Under the pieces are notes generated by a model. The model ran no database searches. It was not told the origin of the DNA and saw only the letters and a program-made list of their open reading frames with translations. This document shows positions 38,561 through 50,500 of a stretch of 64,000 bases of DNA, one piece after another (positions within the stretch are counted from its first letter, which is position 1; every line of letters begins with the position of its first letter). The stretch covers positions 32,423,648-32,487,647 of the forward strand of contig NC_092673.1 in the NCBI RefSeq assembly GCF_964355755.1, in the 5' to 3' direction. The DNA is from Antedon mediterranea (lineage: Eukaryota > Animalia > Echinodermata). The position numbers and the translations under genes are program-made.

Positions 38561-41500
38561 CTAGGATTTAGCACAACCAGCAATGTGCTCCACATAGCTA
38601 GGTGTTAGTAGCTCTGACCCACGTAAGCACTGCTGTACACTGTATTCTGACGTCAAGGTCATATCTAGAAAAAAGAAAACAAAAATCGGCTGGTATTAAG
38701 TTTCATATCATAATATTCCAATAAGCTTTGTCAACGGCTTTTAGATGTTAGAACCCTAGTTTGTTTTAACACGATATGACTAACTTCTATTCAGGGGACA
38801 CAACTATTTAGAGCACATTTTGTTGTGTCTTGAATGTTCACCTATATAGTTTCTTCTGTATAGGTTTTTCACACCTGTTCCGGCACCGGCAAATCAAATC
38901 GAACATCAATATTTTCATTTCCAAAAACGCAATCGTTATGCATGAAGACGGAACATTGATGTTAGATTTGATTTGCCGGCGCTGGACTGGAACCGTGCCA
39001 GAACAGGTGGAAAGACCCTTTAGCCAGATCAAATGTAATATTGAATTTATGCATCACTATTAGTACTTGTGGTTTTACCTGTTGTTGTCCACTTATCAGT
39101 AGCTATATACATGACAGCAGGAATACAGTATTGTGCTATACCTAAGGCATCTGGATCATTAGAGTTTATCATCCATACTGGAAACGTGACACGACTAAAG
39201 AACTAATTAGGAAAAAAAAACAAATTTACAAACAAAATAAATTGTTATACTGACAAAATTTCATGCAGGCGAGGGCAAACACAATTATTGGAAGTGCATT
39301 TTCTTATGTTGCGTAGGTTGCATTATGTTGCGTTGCTACTGGGAACAAAGCTTTACTAACCTAACTACAAATTGCTACACGTACCTGAGGATATCCAATG
39401 AATTTATCCAATGTTTTTAGTTCTTCCTTTGTAATTAAATAAACACATCCTTCAACTGAACTTTCAGGGTTTGCTTCAATGTTGGCAAAAACACCAGCTT
39501 CACTATCTGAACCTAAACAAACAATGTAAAATAAATAAATATTCTAGATTATTAATTTAATTCATGTTAAAAAATAACCCTTTTATGAAGTAGCATCAAA
39601 GACCAGAAAATACCATAGCCCGTAAGACACCAATCAATGTTGTGATAACTTCTATAACTACCCCAATTCCAAATTGATTTTAACAAGTTTAGTTATGACG
39701 GTGTAGGTTTGTCTGTATTTTTGCACAAAGAGAATTGTAACAGCATCAATTATTGATACACAATTCTGCCATAAAAAAAATGTTTATACCATGTAAATTA
39801 TGAATACCCAAATCAAGGTGAAGACAAAATAAATTTCACACTTGTTGACGAGGAATATGTATATAAACAAATTTTATCATTATCTGACAAAAAGGCTACA
39901 GGAACTGATGAAATTCCTGCTAAACTAATAAAATTAGCAATCAACTCAATTGTACAACCCATTACATTTTTAATTAATTTATCTCTAAGAACCAGCGACT
40001 TCCCAAGTAAATGGAAAAATGCACGAATATGCCCAATTTTTAAAAATGGCGACCGAAGTGAACCATCTAACTACAGGCCAATTTCTGTACTACCAATTTT
40101 ATCAAAAATTATTGAACGCGCTGTCTTTGACCAACTCTATCCACAAATCAACCCTAAATTATACAATCAACAATCTGGATTTAGGCCAAATTACTCGACA
40201 TCATCGGCATTAATAAATATAACTGAAGATTGGATTGACAGTATTGAAAATGGTAAATACATAGGACTAATAATGCTTGATCTCAAAAAAGCTTTCGACA
40301 CTGTTAATCACCAGATACTAATAAAAAAACTACACAATTTTAATTTTGCTAATCATGTTATCAAATGGTTTGAAAATTATTTAACAAATCGTACACATAT
40401 TACTAATATTAACAATGTTGATTCGGTAAAGTCTAATAGTGTTTGTGGAATCCCTCAGGGATCAATATTAGGGCCCCTTCTATTTATCATGTATATTAAT
40501 GATCTACCTAACTCAGTTTCTCATGTAAATGTAAGCATGTACGCAGATGACACTGCGTTATATTATGCATCTAAAGACATACACGATATAATAAGCAAAG
40601 TAAATACTGATCTAAAACATGTACAACTATGGTTAGCAAGTAACAAATTAAGTCTAAACATTAAAAAGACTGAATATATGATTTTAGGAACACATCAAAA
40701 ATTAAATGAATTGATTAACATGGATATTAATATTAATATAGACGGTACAAAACTTGAAAAGGTAAATAACTGTAAACATTTAGGTGTTATTATCGATGAA
40801 AATTTAAAATGGCATAAACAAATAGATCAGGTGAAAAATAAAGTAATATCAGGTCTGTACTATCTAAAAAAATGCAGCAATATTTTCCCTCAAAATATTC
40901 AATCATTAATGTACAAATCTATCATAGCCCACCATTTTGACTACTGCAATGTAGTATGGGGTCGTTGTAACCAAACCCTCAAATATAAACTCCAAGTACT
41001 CCAAAATAGAGCGGCTAAAATAATTACACATACATCTAGGTATGACTCTAGCTCACAGGCGCTCAAAGATTTAAATTGGCCTAATTTAGAAGAAAAACAA
41101 TATTACAACGAAGCAGTCACAATGTATAAAATAATGAATAACTTGACACCATCCTACTTAAGAAACAGATTCTATGAACGCAAACAAACATATAATACTA
41201 GATCAAAAGATATTCTAAGTTTACATAAGGCAAACACTGAGTATAAAAAGAAAAGTTTCTCGTATTCTGGCGCAAAGCTATGGAATAGTTTAAATGCTAT
41301 AAACTCAAATGCAATTACAGCTCCTAATATACATATATTTAAAAAAATGATAAATGACCAAAGATAAAATATACTTGAAACTCTATATTTTTTCATGAAA
41401 TCTTTTTTTTGTTTTTTTGTTGTTGTTGTTGTTGTTGTTTTTGTACTGTAATTGATAACTTGTGTAATAGTATAAATAGTTTTGTAGTAAGTAACGGCCT

Positions 41501-44500
41501 TGTGAAAAACACCAATATGGTGATTCAAGTGTTGCATCCGTTTTTAAATAAAGTTGTTATTATTATTATATATTATTATTATAAAGTTTATACAGGATTT
41601 TTTAAAATAGAAGTATAATGCAAATTAATATTTACCTTTCTTATTGAACTTTATTTGAAATCCAAATAAGAGTCCCCATAGGCGCTGCACATCTTTTCTT
41701 CCTATGTACAGTGACACTCTAAAAATTTACAATAAGATTTTCTTAAGTAAAAATGATGTACAGAAGAGAAAACTAATTGATTGGGGTTAGGAAAATGCAA
41801 TGCAAAAAAGATACAAATCGTACAATAAATAAGAATTAAAAAAACAATTTTTTTTAATAGATTTTATGAACTTTAAAACTGAAAATAATATCAACTCTGC
41901 TTGCTGATTAAAATAAAGCCTTACCAAAACTTAGTTGTACTGTAAGTAGAACAACTATTAAATTGACACATGTTTGACCTAAGTGTACTCTGGTTAAACA
42001 AGGGGTTGGTTAAAATGTATATTTCTCCTCTTGTTTGTTTCACGGGAAGGTGTCCCCTAACCGGGATGTCCCCTGAAGAAGTTCTACTGTCTTGTACAGT
42101 ATATATGTACTTACAGTGTTTGTTTCATTGTATTAACAAAAATGAACCTAACACTCATCACTGTTCTTCCTATTCACTCACCTATTTTTGTTCATATTTT
42201 CTCCATATGAAAAGTAGTACACATGACCTGGTGGTGGCCGGGCATTGATACGAAAAGAAACTGGCGGTATTGGAGCAACTAAAGGCGCTTCTTCAACCTT
42301 TGACCTGAAGGAATAACAAAAAGACTATGTTTGTATTCTGGTTTGCCCACTTTGACGATGTAATTTTACCGAAACATTCAGTTGAATTATGCCAAGGTTA
42401 GGCAAACCTGGCTCCCTGATGCAAAAGTACTTTGAAGTAGTAACATTATCAGTATGTTTGCCTTTTTATTCTTTTACAGACATACGATATTAATGAATTA
42501 TTCAAGCTGCTGTTTCCACTATTTAGTAGTAGAGTAACAGTGTTTAGAAATTAGGTACATTTTCATATTAATAATGGTTGATTATTTGTGTGTATATTTA
42601 TTTATTTTATTTATTTATTTTATTTATTTATGATAATTACCGCCACTAACAGGTTTGATACAAACAAAGCCAGGACTGTTCTACTGTACCTTGGTTTTGA
42701 TAGCTGTTTACTACTTGCTACAACAGACAACGTATTTGGCTCGTCTCTGTGAGGAAAGAAAAGAGTTTTAATTTATACAAAAAAAGAGATAAATTTGCAT
42801 ATTTTACAAAATTTAAAACGTTACACAATTGAATTTCAATGTTGTGTAAATCTTGAGTTGTTTACCTTTTATATCTTGTCCACATTGTGACGGTACATCG
42901 TAAACACATCCTTGAATATATCTGGCATTATGCTATTTACTTTGAACCGCGACAATGATTAAAATTAAAAGCTAATATGGGAGAGTGTTGCTTGATATAA
43001 ATAATGTACATTGGAAACGAAAAGTATTGCAGTCAAAACACATTTGCTGCCAACCAAACTATGAAATGATATGAATCTTAGACAGCTCAACTTCTTAAAT
43101 ACTAGTTATAAAAACTTATGTCTACTTTCACTCGATATTATTTTAAAATGCTTTACTGTACATAGTAAAATTATAGTAGTATCCTTCACAAGAACTTATG
43201 TCCATGAATCATTTTTCAAGGTGCTTTGTATATAATAATTTTAAGTATAGTTTATAGTCTGTCACAAGACTTGCGTCCACTGTCAAAAAGTAGTATTGAG
43301 GTCTTATGAAAAGACGGGACCCAAAATTATCTATTGATAGCCTGCTATACAGTTGTATGGTCAATATTGATGACATATAAAGGTCATTTGAAAGACAATA
43401 AGGCACTCAAATAGATAGGAACAAACTATATGACATGAAATTAAATTGTTATGGTTATATGAGCTTAAGACAACATTAAAAACGTACACTACCATACTGG
43501 ATAAATATCCTTTATACATAATTTGTTTGAATCAAATCAGTGTACACAACTCAGGAATGTAGAAAAATAAAAGAGTACTAAAAAATGTTTCACAATTTGA
43601 GACCAAAACTAAAACTAACTCCTGACTTTCATATTCCAAATAAAAATATTGTCAATTGCTAAAAGTATAGCAAGTTAATTTCTGCAAAATTAAAGGATAT
43701 TTATATCTTTCATTTCGCGTTCCTTTCAGTACTTGTGGAAATTTGTTTACAAGGGTTTATTATTTAGCATTTTTCTGTCCAATGAATGGACACTATCTAA
43801 TTAGTCAATACATGATGACCTCTCTTTGACCTGATCGGTCTAAAGGTCTAAAAAAACATTTTTTAGCAACAAATTGCTGTTCTAAAATAGCTGAATGACT
43901 AATGGGGAAACAACATAACATTTAACCAATTTGACTGACAGTGCTAATATTCTATATACGAGTGATATTTAGTTAGAAAAAAAGAATCTTTCTAAAAAGT
44001 GCATTCTAAAATTCAATACAAGTTGATACTCACAAATTAACACATGCTAGATTAAAACAAAAATTCTAATCCAAATAAAAATAATTAATTGCTTTCTGAA
44101 AATTTTACAACTTGAAAAATAAATTTGTAAAAAAGATTAAGAAATATACAACCTCACTAAGAATACCATTGATAAAATCATGAGATAAACTCGAATCGTC
44201 TTCTTATAATGAATACACGACTAGAATAATCCATTATTAATTGAGGGTATATATATACCATAGTACTGTACTGTAATTCAAATAGAAAACAAACCACCTT
44301 TTCGAAATACACAGACTATTCTACTTATTCTACAGTCAAAGATTTTTAATTTGAGTTTAAAATCGACAACTTGTGATAATTTATTGCTTCAGTACGGAAG
44401 CAACTAACTGCTCTTTATGCAGCTTTTGTGACTCCATGGGGCAATCAATCTATGCTAAAGTCCATCAGTAATTATTCTTTCTAATAATGGAATATTCGAA

Positions 44501-47500
44501 TTGTTTACGCATCATTATTTTTTCTTCTCCTTCAGTTATATTTGTCAAACAGCAGGTGGTAATATTTCCTGTTGTTTTTGCTGTGTTTTTTTTGTTGGCT
44601 TAAATGATATGAACTTTTAAGTCACATCTAAGATGTGTAATACCTGCACTGAATTTGGGCTAATCATTTAAACTAACAGTCATTTACAACGTTGATCTAC
44701 CTGGACAAAATAAAGCCCAGTACATTTACACTAAAATGCCAAAATATAGGAATAATTTGAAAAGACACGGCAATTGTACACATGATAAATCAAACTTTAC
44801 ACGCTTCATTGCACACGTTGACCAAATGCATCCTCACTTCAAGAGCTGAATTGATTTGAGCATTTATTACTACAATAAAGATTTTTGGTAATTTATCAAG
44901 GTTTCCAGCCAAATTAAAAATAAAAATCGTCCTTCCATAGAGTTAATAATACCTAAGTATGTACATGATTAATATGCAGTATAAACACTCTTGAAAAATA
45001 CACTTTATTAATTAAGGAATTTAGGTATGTAAATATTTACATCTTGGCTGTCATAAAACATTAACTTTTGAGTAAACATCATGAACTGGTTGTTATTGCA
45101 CAGAAATTCTAAATGTCAAACAATAGTGTGTAATAGTTCTTTGGTAACTAACTATTTTATGTAAAATTAAATTGCCTAAAAATAAATATAACAAGAGAAA
45201 GTTCAATATTTAGTTGCCATTTTGTTTACTATGATAATCTAAGCAATATAAAATATGAATATAAAAATAAATTATGAGCAATGCCATTAGTCTAAAAATA
45301 AAGGTCTTAACAATATAATTTAAAATAAATTTGAAGTATTGATATTTTGTTTGTACTCACCCACCATTCAATGAAGTGCATAAATTATTTACATTGACTT
45401 GCTAAAAATAAAAAGAAATATAAAATGATTAATAAGTTGTGTAAGAGAATAAATCAATAAAAAAAAGCAATATGAGGGAATAGTGCACAAAATATAAAAC
45501 AAAATTCCTCACCAAGTCGTGTGAGATTGAGTCTTCTAACTCTGTATTTGCAGATAGAGAAGTCTCTTTGGACTCGTTGCAATTTCCAACATTGTCTAAC
45601 AGTGAGTGATGATTTGTCTGTTGAACTATCTGGCTTTTACCCAAAACGTTCTTTAAATTCTCATTATGAAAATGGCCATCAACTATGTTCCCAAAAGACA
45701 TATCTTCTCGACTAGTGACATTATTGTTGTACTGATTCCTATACATCATTACAAGATCATTGGCAACATCTGTCATCTGCAAATCTTCTCTTGGGCTCCA
45801 ACATTCTTTTGCCGATGCCATCACTTCAAGACTTTTCTGAGAGCGTGATGTATTTGATCCACTATACCCACTGTCAATCCTGCTACATGACTGGAAATCT
45901 TTTGAAATTTTAGAACTTGGGCATACACAAGTGTCCTCATCAAGACCACATATGCCACAAAATAAAACACTATCATCAATCTCTGGTATATCATCGTATT
46001 CTATATCTACATCAGACATGATGTCTTGAGTAGAAAGAGTACCTATAAACTTTTCATCAGATTCATTTACTGGTTCTGACGAACTAGTTTGTTTGGTAGT
46101 ATCAGACTGTTGTGAACTCCAGTTACTTTGATCACTATAATCGTGGTTAGGATTACCATTATGTTCTTGAGTTCCGCCATCAGGTCTTTGAGAACCATCA
46201 GTGCCACCATTAGGTCTTTGGCAATCATCAGTGCCACTATCTGGTGTTTGTGAATCTGTACCACCAGGGCTGTTTGAATCGTTGCCACCATTATGGTCGT
46301 TAGAACTATTACCAGGTTCTTGCAAACCAGAACCACCACTAGATCCTGGTGAATCATCATCATTTTTGTCGTCTTCCTTTCCATCATCTTTATCACCTGC
46401 ATATACGGCTTCTTCTTTTTCCTCATCATCCTCTTCCAGTTCATCCTCGTTATTTTGGTTAACACTATCAGAAATTTTTCCAACATCTTTTGTGAAGAGA
46501 TCTGCAGAAAATGTGTTGGAATCAGTTGGAATGTCTGAAGCTTCACTATTGCAATTTTCTCCTGAAAGCTCATCTAAAAGAGTTCCTTTATTAGCACACG
46601 GCACACCTACTTTATGTTCTGTTGATTCTGGAATCACAAATTGCACATTTTTTACATGATGTCTATTTGACCCTTTCACACTATTAGGAGATGTTTTATC
46701 ATTATTCTGATTCACAGCTTTAAAATGAACATTATTGTTATTACTTGAACTTTGTTCTTGAAATTCATTTGATTGAAAAGTATCCAACGATTTTTCGTAT
46801 TTCACTTCTGGTAAACATTCATATATATTATCATTTTTATCTCTAACCTCTTCATCAACCATATCACTTTCTTTTAAAGGTATGCTGGTTTCAGTTTTAG
46901 AAGGAATAAACACAGAATTGCTTGTTTTGGAATCTTCCAAAATAAGACCAGTCATTTGCACATTTGAATTTTCAAAAGAAGATTCATTTGAATAATGTGC
47001 ACTTTCATTATTTGAATTGTCCACTGAATTGGAGTCTTTGATCTCATTGTTGGAATTATTGATGAAATTAGAGTCTTCAAATCCATTATTGAAATTCTCC
47101 ACCAAATTGGAGTCGTTGATCTTATTGTTAGGATCTTCCACCAAATTGGAGTCTTTGGTCTCATTGTTGGGATTCTCCATCGAATTGGAGTCTTCAATTC
47201 CATTATTGAAATTCTCCACCAAATTGGAGTCTTTGATCTCATTGTTGTTATTTGTTGTGGATCCATCTATTACTAACTCTCTTATATTACTTTTCAGTTC
47301 TTCAGTGGCTTTTAGGTCATTTCTGTTACATTTTATACTTTGCTCTGGACTTAAAATAGTGTCGCCAGTTATGATATTTTGGAAATTATTTTCAGATTTG
47401 GTACTAACAAGTGTAATAGATTCAGTTTTGTTTCCATTTAAATCATTTGACTCTTTGTTAGTTGATGTGATTTGTTCTTCCAAATTATTTTCATTACTAC

Positions 47501-50500
47501 CTTCAACAGGCGGACTTGTTCTATCCTGGCAAATGTCTTCCAACGATGCATTAACCCGATTTGTAATGTCTACTTTTATCTCTATAGATGGAGTGTTTGG
47601 TATTTCTGATTTATCTATTCCTGATTGTCTAAGATTGTTAGCATCACTTTCTATTAAGAAGTTATCTGTGACATCCTTTAAAATATTTGAAGACACTTCT
47701 TCAACAAATGACATCGTCTCAGATTTCTTGGACGTTTCTACAGCCTCATTAATGACAGGGTCTGCTATTTCAGGATTGTTGTTATTTTTAGTAAACTTAT
47801 CATCCAAAGATAAATCACTGTCATCAGTTTCTGGTGCTGGAGTTCCTTCTTCCTCCTCTTTCAGAAGCTTCTCCAAATGTTCCTTTGCTACTGCTTCAAG
47901 AATATTTGGCTGGTCTGGTGCTGCTGCAGTTCTTTCAGCATAAACATCAAACGCTTCATCATCAAAGAAGTTTTGTTGTTCTGATGGCATTTGTACTCTC
48001 TCAAGACGGTTTCCACTCCAAACAAGTTCACTGAAGATGTTTTCGTCTGTTGCTTTTGAGGTTTTTAAAATTGATTTTTGAGTGGTAAATGAAACTTTGT
48101 CTTTGATTGGTTTTCGTCGATTTTTACCCTTTGTTAAAGCAGAATCAATCATGCCCGCAGCACCATCCATGAGTACATCACTGAAGCTAGATCTACTGTC
48201 ACCAGCTGATCTATCCAGAAGCTTTGAAAGAGTTTTCTTGTTTGGTGAATGGATTGACATATACTGCATCAGATTTTCTTCCATTTCTAAGTCTGTTGGG
48301 ATGGATATCTGGTCTAAAAATTGGTTGTATTCATTGCTGCTGCTGATGTTGTCACTCACATCACTTTGAACAATCTTGTCCAATTCGGAGAGCGAATCAT
48401 TGATTTCTGTTTGACTGTAAATAAATAAAATGCAGTTAATCTATTGACAATTATATACTTAAGTGGGTCTTTCAATACACAATAATTACATCTATTTCTG
48501 TGCACTTTATTGCAAAAGTAAAGGGTTACTCCGATGTCCTGGTCCATCTTAGCTGATGAGGACAGATGAATGAGTGCCATTTGGTGGCAGCTATAAGACA
48601 CGAAGGGACCCTTTGTGGAGAAGGAAGTTTCTGTAAGACTTTCCCACTACACCTGCTATAAGACACAGATTATTTCCCCAACATATAAACTAGATGTTTC
48701 ACTTACAAAGTAAATATATTGAAGTCATCCTGCCGGTCTTCGGACAAATTTGAAGCGATCGATGTCTGATGAACTGACTCTCTTGTTTCTGGTCGCTCGT
48801 TAAATACTTCGGGTGGAAGCATATCCAGAAGTTGCTGCTTGCGCATTTGCAACTGAAGTTGGGTTGGGCTTTGAAGCTTTCTTTCAGGTTGGATGCCAGC
48901 ACATTGATCTAATCTTGGTCCTGCTGGTGTGAATGCATGAAGTGGCTTAAGTCTGCAAAAACAAAACCGAGCACATACTACATTAGTTTGGATTATATAT
49001 ATCTTTTTAAGAAAATGGTTAGGAATTATTGTTAACCTTCTCATGTTAATATACAATAGAAACACACCTTGCTTTGCGTAATCGGCCACTGTGTTTATTT
49101 CTGACGACGTCTCTCTCAGCTGCTAATGATTTTGACACAACACTTATAGCATTTGCAGTTTGCATTTTTAAATCAAAGTCTGGTGCTGGAAATCTTTCCT
49201 ATAGTAAAAAACAAACAAATTTAAGCGAACAAAAATTCTAGTATGAATTGAGGTTTAACTTGCACTACAGTAGGATGAGTTCACATGGACAATAAAAGAG
49301 TGGTCTCATAGCGATCTTAAAATGCCTTTACTTGATAATGGGTCTTTATTTAGAGGTAAACCTGTATAATACATACTGGTAATGGTTCTGAACTATCTGC
49401 ATGCTTGAATGGATAGTGAACTTGTTGGTTAGGGTAGACACAGGATGACTGAATTGCAGTGGCAGATGGCACTAGTCTTGGTTTCCTGTCAGGAGTGTTA
49501 GAAGATGGCCAAAACTTGTTACCCATTGACCAAAGGTTTGGTGGACCAGTGATAAAGCTTGGATTCCTGATGAAACAACGAAAGAGCGTTTATTATATTG
49601 TACATACTGTAGTTACATTTTCTCTGTTTTTCCCAAACATTACATTGTTCGGTACAACAAGTAAAACATATCCAAACATCATTACAAAATTGACTTGGTT
49701 TTGTTTGTTACTTTCTCAAGGTTTATTACTTAACTAACCAAAACTAAATTGAACAGAAAATGGATTTTAACAGAATTGTTAAACACACAACTTTTGAACA
49801 TAGAACTGTTAAACACAGAACTGCTGAACACAGAACTAACTTTTGAACACAGAGCTGTTGAACTTAGAACTGTTGAACACAGAACTGTTGAACACAGAGC
49901 TGTTAAACACAGAACTTTTAAACACAGAGCTGTTGAACACAGAACTGTTTGAATAACAGCAAGACATTGACAGTACCAAATGAGACATAATGAACAAAAT
50001 GTAATCAAGAAAAAAAATTAGTGGATTGGTTGTCATGTGTAATTATTTAAAAAGGAACAGTAACAACAAAACAACAAACACAGACATCTTTTCCTTAAAG
50101 AAGATGTAATTGGTTATATGATATGTTCAGGCTCTGCTAAGTTAGTGCATGCTCTAAATAGTGAATTAATGAGGTACATTCATTTAATCAAAAGAAACAA
50201 TTATGAGATATTATGTTAAACGGTTTTCAAGCAATTTCTAAAGTTTAGTAATATTACACAGACTAACGAATTATAAACATAATTTACAGTAGTAGGATTG
50301 GGAAATATCAGAACTTATCCGCAGTACTGGAAAAAGCTAAGAAAGTTACATGCACAGTTAGCTGAGATACATGTTGGTACACAAATCCCCTAATTTAATG
50401 TATGTACTGTTAGCTATAAAGCTTTGTCTACACTATCAAACTAGTGTGATATGATGTCATTGTGTCCATATCAGAGCACATCACATTTTTTGTCAGTGTT

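Noticed and set aside
44158-44221. Extra exon of the GGCT-like gene
   Set aside because: It contains a stop in the required phase.
46201-48369. Plus-strand ORFs of 152, 308 and 95 aa
   Set aside because: Antisense shadows of the low-complexity giant exon.
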